Below, piece by piece: positions 35,842 through 48,111 of a stretch of 64,000 nt of DNA. How positions within the stretch are numbered: position 1 is the first letter of the stretch; the number at the start of each line of letters is the position of its first letter. The translations under genes were made by a program, and so were the position numbers. The DNA comes from Chiloscyllium plagiosum (Eukaryota): the NCBI RefSeq assembly GCF_004010195.1, contig NC_057758.1:6472650-6536649 (forward strand). Reading direction: 5' to 3'. A model generated the notes under the pieces. It was given only the letters and a program-made list of their open reading frames with translations. It ran no database searches and was not told the origin of the DNA.

Positions 35842-36279
35842 TTTGTTTCCAGTCGAAGCAGAATTTGAGGAATCCTGAGAAGATCACGGAACTGACATCA
35901 GCTATGCAGAGATTGAGTAGGACAGGATAATATTGGTGGGAGTTGAGAAGAGTGAGATCTCAGCTTGCTGAAACATGAAAGACTCTTAGAAAAAAATATT
36001 CAGTGGAGAACAGGAGATATTGCTTACCTTTGTGCAAGAATTGTGGACCAGAGTGCATCAGCTCTGAATAAAGTGTAGCCCATTTAAGTCGGCATCGAAG
36101 AAGGTCATCTTCTTTTGACCGGCATTGAAACGGTGAAATTCTTCAGCATAGAGTGCATTTTCATTCAGTACGTTTATGGGTGAGGTTGACAGATTTCCAG
36201 TCAGGATGGGAATCGAGCAATTATCCAGGAGTTGTAGGAAAGGGAAGTGGAGATGATCAGCTCAGTCGTGACACCAGAT

Positions 36280-36815
36280 GCACACATCGTTTTACATTCA
36301 AACATACTTACGCAGACCTTCTTGCAGATACACACTCTCTTTCAGACACACATGTGCAGATACACAGACACACACACACTCCCCTCTCTCCCACCCACAC
36401 ATACATGCACACACACGCTCTCTCTCACGACCTCGCTCCCTCACATGCACACAGAAACACACAAAAATCGATGGGGTGATTTCTTTTTTAAATACAACCT
36501 TTAATTCTCTCAGGAATACAACTTGAAAGAAGTTCTGGGATTTACATATTAAGGAATCTGAACCCGCAGCCCCATTCTAAAAGACAAAAGATTGAACAGC
36601 AATCTCTGTTTGCTTAATATATTGCATATGTGTATGAAATATTGATATTTTGCTCTAAATGTTACTGTGTCCTATAATCCTACTCGACGAGATATGCAAC
36701 AAAGGAGCAGCACAACCCGGTTGCACTTTCAAATAAAACTGTTGAACTATGAATTGATTTCGTGCGATTTTATATAAAAAAAATGTCCACCCCAGTCAAA
36801 TATCAGCACTGACAT
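36280..36815 (+). mobile_element. Decayed Penelope-like 3' fragment with a (CA/CT)n tract
   Basis: gttctgggatttacatat...aaataaaactgttgaactat...tgtccaccccagtc matches the reverse complement of 1-112. Confidence 0.55.
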
Positions 36816-37232
36816 ATCATCAAATCGAAGAGCAAGTTTGACTGGCAAAACGGCCGCCTTCTGCACATCCAATTCCTTGTCCAGTGTCTGCAAATGGATG
36901 CAGGTTGAAAAACTTCGTGGAATCTGAGTTTCTCCAAGTGGGAATTCTGTTCTCGACGCGTTATTAGTGAGCTGGCATAATTGATCATGACTCAAGACGT
37001 CTGTTCTCTGAGGTCGTGTGCCGACTCACAGATATCAATCTCATTTAATCCCGGTCTTGAAGCATCCTTCCTTATCGATATCTGTTGAGTTCGCTGTCAC
37101 ATAATCATCATATAATTGTACAGTTCAAATAGGACATTCTTACAATCGTGTATGTCCTGATGCTGGAAAGTGCTGTCCATCTCGTCCCATTCGCCAGTAT
37201 TATTTTGATGCTCCATCTGAATTCATTCCATT

Positions 37233-37604
37233 GTGGGCGGCACGGTGGCACAGTTGGTGGGCGGCACGGTGGCACAGTGGGTGGGCGGCACGGTGGCACA
37301 GTGGTTAGCACTGCTGCCTCACAGCGCCAGAGACCCGGGTTCAATTCCCGCCTCAGGCGACTGACTGTGTGGAGTTTGCACGTTCTCCCCGTGTCTGCGT
37401 GGGTTTCCTCCGGGTGCTCCGGTTTCCTCCCACAGTCCAAAGATGTGCAGGGTCAGGTGAATTGGCCATACTAAATTGCCCGTAGTGTTAGGTAAGGGGT
37501 AAATGTAGGGTTATGGGTGGGTTTCGCTTTGGCGGGTCGGTGTGGACTTGTTGGGCCGAAGGGCCTGTTTCCACACTGTAATATAATCTAATCTACAAAA
37601 CAAA
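37233..37604 (+). mobile_element. Young HE1-like SINE with a triplicated 24-bp 5' head; absent from copy A
   Basis: Units start at 37233, 37257 and 37281; empty site ttccattg|aactccacat at ~6190. Confidence 0.9.
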
Positions 37605-38102
37605 AACTCCACATCCAGCTCTCTTTTGAAACCTGCTGTGGAATCAGCCTCTGCCCCTCTCCAAGGCAACGCATTCCAAATCCCAGCACCTCTCTGGTTA
37701 AATAAGTTACAGAGTTATTGACTTTGGGATTGTTCCATTCTTACGCTCGCCAAAATTGTCGAAGCATGTTCACTCCCTGAAGGCAAGCTGCTTGAGTACA
37801 TCACAATTCCTCACCCCAATGCCTCATGTGAGAACGCACTTCTCAGTTGTCAGTAGACTGTCCCAATATGAGGCTGGATGTGGAGAACTGCACACAGTTC
37901 TGGTCTGCACGAACAATTATTGGAACACAGTTCAAGCAATATGCACCCTTACAACTCCAAGAATGTCTGGTTAGAACAGCAAGGGTGAAATCTGCATTGG
38001 TCTGGCATTGTGTATCTGAGTCAGGTGGCAGGTGGATGTCCTATCGCATCTGACTGTGAACATCAACGAATCTTTGTTTTTTCTTTTTATTCCCTCTCCT
38101 AG

Positions 38103-38224
38103 CGCCAATATTTTCATGTATTTTGGAAGGGAGTTACTGCAGCAGCGTACCATGTGAGAAGGGTATTTCAACGAGGGTTAAAGGACTTTGCCCCATCTTA
38201 CAAGTGTGTTGCGTACGTTTGTGA
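38103..38224 (+). CDS. Beta-defensin exon 2 (mature peptide), paralog B
   Basis: Acceptor ttccctctcctag|cg. Encodes APIFSCILEGSYCSSVPCEKGISTRVKGLCPILQVCCVRL*, in phase with exon 1. AATAAA at 38366-38371. Confidence 0.85.
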
Positions 38225-40089
38225 AATCGAAGAAGGAAAGGGCAACATGCAACACTGGAAAACATCTGTGTTTCTGATTGGAGAGTTCTGTCATCCCATC
38301 AATTCAGGCTTCACGTTATTGTTTCAACTGAACGATCACGGGCACACATCTTTCTAAACTATGTGAATAAAACTGGGTGATATTGCAATCATTGATTCTC
38401 CATGTCTCACTTCACTTTCCTATCAATGTCTTCACACAATGCCAGGAAGGAAGGAAGTTGTCAGAAAATGGGTATTATGCATTATGATCTTTGCACTGTT
38501 GTAGCTTAGCTGACATGTGGGGCTTTGGTGTGGCCACAACTGGAGGATTGTTTGCAGTTCTGGTCGCCACACCACAGGAAGGATGTAAACGCTTTGGAGA
38601 GGCAGGGAAAGTGGTTTACAAAGATGTTACTTGGATCAGAGACTACTGGATACCAACAGCCTTTTGACAAAATTTGGATTGTTCGTGCTCGGGATTTGGA
38701 GCTGAGAGGCGATTTGAAGGAAGTATATAAAACGATGAGGGGCTTGGATAGGGAACCTTTTCGGACTCTATTGCCCAGGTTGAAAATTTTTTGGGCAATG
38801 TTTAAGATGGGGGGACATGTTAAAATTATAAGCATGGGACAGTTTTTGTTTAACAGAGAGAGTTGTAAATGTCTAGAAAGGATTGCCAAAGAAGGTGGTG
38901 GATTTAGATAGAATAGCAAAATTGTCAGGCAATTAGATAGATGGAAGAACAGGCAATGTGTACAGCGTTATGAACCATGTGAAGGCAGATAGGATTAGTT
39001 TGGAATAGTACACTTGTCTTCACAGATATATTGCAGAAGGGTTTGTTCCTGTGCTGTACACTTCTCTCTTCAATTGAGCATTTTAGCTTTGGTGAGAGGC
39101 TGGATATAAACGGATCGTTTTCATTGGATCAGAGACAATATTGGGCAGGCCTGTTTCATATGACTTTGTTTATGAGGAGCAAGAAAGAGTCAACAGAAAG
39201 CAGCTGCTCTCCTCAGTCCAATGAGGGGACACAATTGGGAATTGAAAAGCATACGATCTAGAACGGCGTTGAAGGTAATCTCCTAGCCGTCCTGAATCTC
39301 TGATCGAACAGACACCAACAGCAGCCCGCAGAAAACGTAATTGGCTCGTTTTCCACTATTTTCTTTGGGGAAGGGGAGCGTGATGTTCCATTCAGTCGGC
39401 AGTTTTCCCATCTCCAATACATCACTCTCCAAGCTCCAGGACTGGAGGGGAGTTTGGAGGCGCACTGGGAAGTAGCAGGAGAGAAAATGTGCGCTGCTTG
39501 CTGGTATACTACCGAAAGAACACCAGTCGCGTCACTTCTTCAATCATCACAAAAGTAGATTTACAGTCTCATGTAGTGGCAGTGCAAGTCAGTGATAATG
39601 ATAAGGTTATGGTGTGGATGAACTTGTGAAGACAGTACAAGTTAGTGGCAGTCACAATACCAGATGGCTGGCCGCAGATGTGTAGACACAGAAGAACAGC
39701 ATTAATAACATTGTTATGCAAATGGAGTTACTGTTGGAAATGAAGCAGATCAGTGATAACCACGGTAATGTGAGTCTCGTGTTACCTGTAGAAACAGAGC
39801 AGGTCACTGGGAACCATAGTATTGAGGATCTGTAGTCAATTGCAGGGAATGTCCATGTCAGTGGTAACGACAGCGCCATGACTCTGGTTAATATGAATTT
39901 AAATGCTGTGGGAATGGAATCACATGCAGATGCAAAGCAGGTCACTGATAACCAGAGTGGTGTGAGGATCGAATCAAATGTACAGATCGACCAGATTAGG
40001 GTTGACCATATTGCTGTTGTTCAGAACCATGTAGAAACAGAGCAGTTCAGCGGTTGTGGGTCTGGAGTTATACAAGGAGAAACTACATA

Positions 40090-43000
40090 TTCGGCAGAAT
40101 GAGGAGCGGAAGTTAGAAAGAGACTGAAGAGCAGGACCGCAACAATATTAATCTCTGAATAGCTGTCAGGGTGACATATTGGTGTTGCAAGGAATAGAAA
40201 GATAGTTGAGATGAATCCATGGAGAAGAAACTGATGCAAGGGGCATGGTTTTTTTGGATCTTGGATCAATGGAAGCTCTCCTGCTGCCAAGGTGAACTGT
40301 AAAAGAGTCACCGATTGCTCCAAAAGTGGAGAGCAACCAATATCCTCGCTGCAACTTTCGCTCGTACTACATGGGAGGGCTTAAACTAGAGTGGCAGGGG
40401 ATGCAATTACAGCGGCAGGACAACAAGTGGAGAGATTGACGGGAAGGCAGGTGCTAAGACCAGTGAATCTGAAAGAAGTGGCAAGCAGAGACGGGTGAAT
40501 GAACACAGCAGCGCTCATGGTCTAACGTGTGTTTACATCAATAGAAGGAGTATTACCGGTAAGACAAATCAGTGTAGAGCCTGGATCAGTACGGAAGACT
40601 AAGATGTTGTGCACACTGCAGATACGTGGTTGAGAGAGGGACTGGAAAGGCTCCAGGATTTCGTTGGTTTAGTCGAGATAGAGAAGAAGGTAAAAGATAT
40701 GTAGGGGTTGTATTACTAATCAGTCAGAATGTTACATCTTCACTATGAGAGGAAATGCAGAAGGGCACATCCATTGAGGCAAGAGAGGTAAAACTGAAAC
40801 ATTAGGTGGGTGCAAACAATCTGCCAGGATTCTAACGTAGGAACTCCAACAGCAAATGGGAACGAATATGTGGCCGATTATGGAAAGATTCGACAACAAA
40901 ATAATTTTCGTAATGGGTGACTTTAACTTCCCCAATATTCATTGTGACTCCCTTACAGCAAGAAATGGAAACAGAGTGGACTTCCTTAAATGCATGTAAG
41001 TGTGTTTATTGAAACAGTATGTAGATAGCCCAATTGGCAGAGGGGCCATAGTGTAACTTGTATTGGCTAATGAGCCTGGTCAAGTGACTGACCTTTCAGT
41101 GGGAGAGCCTTTTGAAAACAATCATCAAAGCTCGTTAAGTTTTAAGACAGCTATGAGCAGGGAGAAGTCAGGAGTTCCAGTTAGGTACACAAATGGTGGA
41201 AGGTAATTTACATCAGCATGAGATAGAAGCTAAGGAACTTTAATTGGGAGACGCAGTTATCCGGCAAGACAACATTTAAACATGTGGGAATTCGTGAAGA
41301 TCTGGTGTGGAGACTTCTGGACCGACATGTTCCAGGAAGGTGGACGGACAAAGGTAGCAAGGTAAGCGACATTTGAAAACGAGGGTGGCTGTGAATTTGT
41401 TCAAAAGAGAAAAAGATGCATGTGTAAGTTTTAGGAAGCTAAAATTGTACGGGCCAATGAATATTTTTTGGAAAACAGGTAAGTACTAAAGCGGGGAACA
41501 AGAGACCAAGAAGGGTCCATGAAATGTCCTTGACAATTCAAGGAAAAGAGAATCCGAAAGAGTTCTATACATATATTAAGAACAGAAGTATAACTCAGGA
41601 GAAAGTAGGACAACTCAAGAATACAGGCTGACACTTATGCTTGGAGGCAGAGGATGCTTGAGTTCCAAAGTGAATAATTTGCATCACCATTCTCTCCGTA
41701 AAACGACATGGAGAATAGGGAGATATGTGTGGAGCATGCCTATAGGCTAGAACATTAAAGAACAAGAAAGTGGTGGCGTTGGATCCCTTGAAGAGTATTA
41801 ATGGAGATAGCTTCGCAAGGCCTGATGATAGCAACTCCAGTTTATTCGGGGAAGGAAGTGAGGTGATTGCTCAGGCTTTGACCAAAAAACTGGTCCTCTC
41901 CAACCACTTAAGTGATCCCCGAGGATTGGTGAGTAGGCTATGTTTTCCCCTATTCAAGAAGAGAAGTAGGGATAATCCAAGAAACTATCAGCGAATAAAT
42001 CTCACATCAGTGGTGGGAAACTATTGGAGTGAAATCATACGAATAGAATTTACGCACGTATGGAAAAGCATGACATAATTAGGTGCAGTCGACATAACTT
42101 TGTGCATTGCAGGTCATGCCTCACTAAATTAATTGATCTATCTGACGAGGTCACAAAGGTAATTGAGATGGAAATGTGTTGCTGGAAAAGCACAGCAGGT
42201 CAGGCAGCATCTAGGGAACAGTAGAATCGACGTTTCGGGCATTAGCCCTTCTTCAGGAACCAGACATTCCTGAAGAAGGGCTAATGCCCGAAACGTCGAT
42301 TCTACTGTTCCCTAGATGCTGCCTGACCTGCTGCGCTTTTCCAGCAACACATTTCCATCTCTGATCTCCAGCATCTGCAGACCTCACTTTCTCTACAAAG
42401 GTAATTGGTAAGGGTAAACCCGAGGATTTGCTTACATGGACTTTAGTTAGGCTGTCGACAAGTACCCACATGGAAGACTCATTCTGAAAATTAAGATGAA
42501 TGGAATCCACGGGGACTTGGCCGCTTGGATTGACAATTGGGTTGTCCGTAGAAGGCAGAGAGTGATGGTGGAATGGTGACTTTCCGGCTGGGGTTCCGTG
42601 GCTAATGGTTTTCTCAAAAGGTCCGTACTAGGACATCTACTATTTTCTGTTGTATGTATATATATATAAATATATATATATATACATATATCAGTTGCAG
42701 ATATTGGCAGAGTAATGACAGATATAGTTTAATCTGTATGAGTGTGAGTTGCGGCAATTTGGGTGATCAAACCTTACGGAAAAACATGCAGTTAATAGCA
42801 GCACGCAGAAGAACATTGATGTATAGAAGGGACTTGAGATTCAAGATCTTTGCTCCCTGAAAGTGGCCATGCAAGTAAATAGGTGGTAAATTAGTCATAT
42901 GCTGTGCTTGCCTTGACTGGTCAGGGAAATGAGTTCAAAGTTCAATATGCCATGTTACTTTGGTATGACCACACTTAGAGTGCCACATTCAATTGCGGTC

Positions 43001-43490
43001 GCCACATTACATGAAGGATATGGTTGCTTTGGCGAGGGTGCAGATGAGATTTACCAAGATGCGGCTTCGATTACAGAGTTTGATCGATAAGGAGAGGTGA
43101 GCAAAATCTCAGATTGTTTTCGCTTGAAGAGAAGAGACTGAGAAGAGACTAGATAGATGTCTGCAAAAATATGAGTTGACGAGATGGGGTTAACACACAG
43201 AATCATTTCCATAGAATAGAAAAGCTCTATGCTAAGAAGCAGAAGGTAAGGGTGAACGTTCACAGGAGACGTGGTGGGCAGGTTGGTAAAACAGAAAGTG
43301 GTAGGATTCTGAAATGTACTGGCAGGGATGGTGGTGGAGGCAGTCGCGGTTAGGGTACTTAGGGGACGTTTAGATAAGCACATGAATATGTCAGGAATGG
43401 AGAGATATGAAGCAAGGACATACATAAGTGATTAGTTCCGCTTGGTGTCATGTTCGGCACAACATTATAGTCTGATGGGCTCATTAGTGT
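40090..43490 (+). mobile_element. Long decayed CR1 LINE (duplicate of 8660-11910)
   Basis: Collinear with copy A. Confidence 0.85.
42166..42394 (+). mobile_element. Young palindromic Penelope-derived insert with hammerhead cores on both strands and a 13-bp TSD
   Basis: 94-bp arms (42166-42259 and 42267-42360, 1 mismatch); TSD acaaaggtaattg at 42153-42165 and 42395-42407; empty site at ~10731. Confidence 0.9.
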
Positions 43491-46400
43491 CTGTGACGTT
43501 CCGTGTCTTATATCAGTGGTAACAACAATACAGCAGACAGAATCAAATTTACAGGCAGAGCAAATCAGACCAACACTCAGTCGTGTTGGTCTGCAGTCAC
43601 ATGTAATGACGAGCAGGTCGGGGGAAATATGGTGGTATTGTTCTGGAGTCAGATGTAGAGACAAAGTATGCCATTGGTGCTCACAATGCTGTGGATCCAG
43701 CGTCATAGAATGATACAGTTAAAAAACAGAACCTTTGCACCAACTCGACAATGCCGAAAAGATATCCGAAATTTATCGAATCACATTTGGCAGCATTTGC
43801 CCCATAAATGCTTCCGATTCAAATCCACAACCAGATGCCTTTTAAATTTTGTAGCTTGTGCATTCTTTTACAAATCATCCGGCAGTTCATTTCGTGCATG
43901 CACCGTCCTCTAGGCGAAAGGAAGATGCCCCTCAGGTCTTGTTTAAATCGTTTTGCTCTCAGCCTGAAACAGTGGCTCCTTCCTTCGGTCTCGGCTACCG
44001 TGGAGAAAAGGCAAACACTATGCACCCTATCCATGCCCATCATAATATTTTAAACTTTTATAAGGTCACCCATCAACTCCAGGGAACAGGAAGAATCGGC
44101 CTCTTGAGACGAATGTTCAATGGCAAACCCGCCAAAAGTGACGATGTGCTTATAAATCTTTTGTTGTACCCACAGGTCTGTGGGATTGCAGTTACATACA
44201 GAGACAGATCAGACGAGTCGTAACTGCAGTTCTCTGGACTGGAATCACGTGTAGATTCACAGTAGATCAATGGTAGCCACAGTGCTGTGTGTCTGGAGTC
44301 ACGTATGGAGACAACTTAAGTCGGTGGTAATCACCGTGTTCAGCTCTGGAGTTACGTGCAGATACAGAGTAGATCATTTCGAAGCAATTTTTTTCCCACT
44401 GTTCCACTTGCTGAGACAGAGTTTGTCAGTAATGCACTCAGTTCTATGGCCCTGTAGTCCCAGAGCAAGTCAGTCACAACCACAGTGCTGTTCGTCTGAA
44501 ATAAACTGTACAGACAGCGCAGGTGGGTACTGACCACATTACTGTGGGTCGGAGTCAAATGCAGGTACAGTGCAGATGAGTGGTAACCAAAGCACTATGT
44601 GTTGGGACTTATAAGTTGAGAAGGAGCAGGTCACTGGAAACCATATTGCGGTGTGGCTTGACTCGCATTTATCGACGGAGCAGTTCAGAAATAGCAAAAT
44701 GGTACCTTCTTTATTTCTCCAGTTTTGACCTCCTCATCTGAGGAAGAATGTTCATGGAGTCAGTTCATTAAAGGTGTACCAAACTGATTCCTGAGTTGGT
44801 GGGACTGTTCTATGAAGAACGATGTGATCAGTTTGGATCATCTTCACTGTGGCTCGGACTTAAGCGGCAGAGAATGGGAATTCACAGAAAATCAGATCAT
44901 GACCTCATTGGATTGCAGAACGAGGCTCGAGGGGGCTCAATGTCCTGAATCTAATAAACTCTACTAAGACTATGTTGGTTGAAATCAGAAAAGGATGTTC
45001 CCGATAACCAAAGGACTTCTGAACCAAATGGGGTCTCAGTCGAAGGCAAACAAGTTAGGCCATTTTCGACTGAGGAACGGGAGGTTTCCTGGCCAAGTGA
45101 GTCGGGAGACTATGGAATTATCTACTGCTGAAAGCAGTGAAGGAGAGAACATTGACCTTTTTGTTTGAAAATAGTTTGATATGGTTCTTGGAGCTCAATT
45201 GATCAAAGTGCACGGGGATAAAGCAGTAACAGGGATTGTGTTGAACGATCAGCCAAGGTCACATTGAATGGTGTAGCAGTCTCGAATGGTTGAATGGTTT
45301 ATTCCTGCTCATAGTTTCTATGTTTCTCTGTGAAACCAATAATGCTGTGATTCATTCGTGAAAAGCTGAATAACTTAGTTCCGAGTTCCAAGATGGCAAC
45401 CGACAATCACTCTGTTCCACGAAACTGGTAAATATTTGACAAGATGAAACAACATACTGGCAACATAAGGTGAAAGTTTCAGAAACTAATAAAAAATGAT
45501 ATAGCATGTGGACAGCTTTGACTAGGTACATCATTTAATGTCTGTTAACGGAAGAAGGAACAATATTCTGTTTCCTCTCGTTAGAATGTCAGCAATAAGG
45601 GATTGACGCGTTTATGATTGTTAGCAAGAGAGGTGGGAGTGAGAAGAAAAAAGCAGGGATGCACTTCTGAGGCTTTATAAGTCTCCAGTCGGATTAGACC
45701 ACATTTTGACTAATGTGAGCGATTTTGGTCCCATACGTCATGAACAATTATCTCAGGAATGAAAGGATTAACATGTGGGGAACGTGTTCGGACAGCAGGT
45801 CTGCATAGTGTAGAGTGATGCGGGGGGTGGGGTGGGGGGGGGGGTTGGGCGATCTATTGAAAACGTAAAGAATTTTGAATGGCCGAAAAAGAGTGCATTT
45901 TGGGAGATGTTTTCATTTGCAGGAGAGACCAGAGTCGGAGTGCACAGGCTTAGAGTGAAGTGAAGACCCTTTACCACGGAGATAATAAAATATTTCATCA
46001 GCCACATCATTGTGAATCTGTGGAATTCATTGCAACAGGAGCCTGCGAAGTTCAGGTCATTGAATATATTTAAGAAAGAGATTGATAGGTTCGCCATTGT
46101 TAATGGAATCAGGAATTACTAGGAGAAGGCGAGAGATTTTTTGAGAACCTTACCAGCCATGGTTGAATGGCAGAGCAGACTCGATGGTCTCAATTTCTGC
46201 TTATTTGTCTTATGGTGTTATGTTCCTTATCATCCATTTCTTCCAGAAAATTGGAAAAATTACTTTATATGAGAAGATACGGACCAAATATGACACAACT
46301 CTAGTTCGCTTAAATTCTGTCATTTTTAACATGTTAGATTCTATTACAAAGGAAGTAACAGCAAATACTTTAAATATTGACAATATCGTCCAATACACTC

Positions 46401-47057
46401 AGCACCAATTTAGAGTAGATTTAGTGGTCATGTCATATGTATTGTTATACACGAAAAAATGTTGTTTTCCGTGCCATACAGAAAGGTCATACCACCAAAG
46501 AACAGTACAGTAACATAACAGAGTGCAGATTTCAAAGTTACAGCTTCAGACAAGCAGCAGAGGAAACTTAGCATGAGAATGTCAGATGCCTGCTTAGAGG
46601 TCTGTTAGTAAAGTGCAAAACGTTGTTCTTGAATCTGTTGGCACGTGAATTAAACATTTAAATATTCTGACCGTCGGAACAGTATGGAAGGCAGTATAAC
46701 CTGGGCAATAGAGTCAAAATATTTGGGTATTTATATTGCTAAGATATTCCAGAATAATCGACTTAACAGGAAAACAGACTATTGCTGAGATTGGGCAGTT
46801 CAAAGTCGATCTCTGTCGTGGTATTGCAGTCATGTGTAGCCCAAAATGCGTGATGACTGCAGATTTCATTCAATGACGTGAGCCAAATGGACATTATTTG
46901 AAAAAGACCCATTATGAACAGGTTTGAGCAGCTATTATTTCCAATTTGCTTAAAATTCAAATATGACGCGAATCAATCGAATGGTGAATAATACCCAGTG
47001 GGCTAATGACCTGATTCTGTACCTACCTTCTCTGCTCTAACTTCGTGCCTGCCTGAG

Positions 47058-47254
47058 ATTTGATCCGATTTTTGTACCCAAAGTGTCTGCCTGGACAGCT
47101 GGGAGAGGTAACGTTGACACTGTGCCACAACCTCCTGAAGGGAGTACGTATCAATGAATACTGCACACACACAAAACCGTGTCAGGAGTCAAGTGCTGCC
47201 GTTGTCCGGGATTTCCCCTGTGCTATAAAGAAACTGGAAGAGCTCCAACGGTAA
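47058..47254 (+). pseudogene. Decayed beta-defensin-like (or WAP-like) exon
   Basis: Branch-like ctctaac and gag|at acceptor (phase 1). C-x12-C-HNLLKGVRINEY-C-THTKP-C parallels C-x11-C-EKSISTRVNGM-C-PILQV-CC; C2 and C6 missing. Confidence 0.4.
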
Positions 47255-48111
47255 TCGTGTAAGCAACGATATCATCTTGAGAGGGTTAAAGAGCAATATA
47301 TAATATACAGCAGGGACCCTTTGGCACAGTGTCCTTCCAAAACAAAATACGAACTCCAGCAGACCCCCTTTCCCACTTGACCTAGAGCCATTTCTGCTCA
47401 GACGTTTCAAGTGGCTCATCCAAGTGCACTTTCTGGTACTGATGCTTCCCTTCCCAATTATCAATGCAGGCAGGGCATTGCAGACTCACCACAAAACTGT
47501 GGGTGAAAACAGTTTTTTGAGCTCCCCTCTCAACCCCTGCCTTTCACTTTCAAACGGTGGCCTGATGTTATTAAACGTTCGGATAAGGAGACCAGATGTT
47601 TTCTAAAATTGTCCATGCCGCTCATGTATCTTGCTCTTGCCCTCAATCGACCTTCTCTGCTTCTCATAAAATAAACCGAGCTTCTCCAGCACTCTGCATT
47701 ACAGAACCTGATCACGCTGGAGACATTTCTCTACTGAGCCCACTCTCTGGTGAAATCATATCCTGCCCGTAACAAGTGAAAACGAACAAATGGCAAAGAA
47801 GATTGCACTTGAATCCAGAGTGGCTAGATTGGAGGGAGGGGAGTGTTGTAGGTCGGCTTTTAACACTTGTTTTCAAGGTACTTGAGTTCACCGCATTGAG
47901 CCTAACCATTGCACAGTGATACGAATTCGCCTGTTCTCTGTTTGTGAACTGTCACTTTAACAGGTCGAGAGCTCGCAGAGAAGTGCTGATGGTGCTGCTC
48001 CTTACCGAGAATTACAGAGATTATTCACTGCAGAGTCTCCGAACCGCTGAATGTAACTCGTGTTTTTTTCATCGACCTCACTGGGATATTGCGGAAGTTT
48101 TGTAGGTGTCA

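Noticed and set aside
36885..37050. Phase-1 acceptor and VSANGCRLKNF... as a cytokine-like exon
   Set aside because: Tandem stops after 28 codons and no convincing family motif
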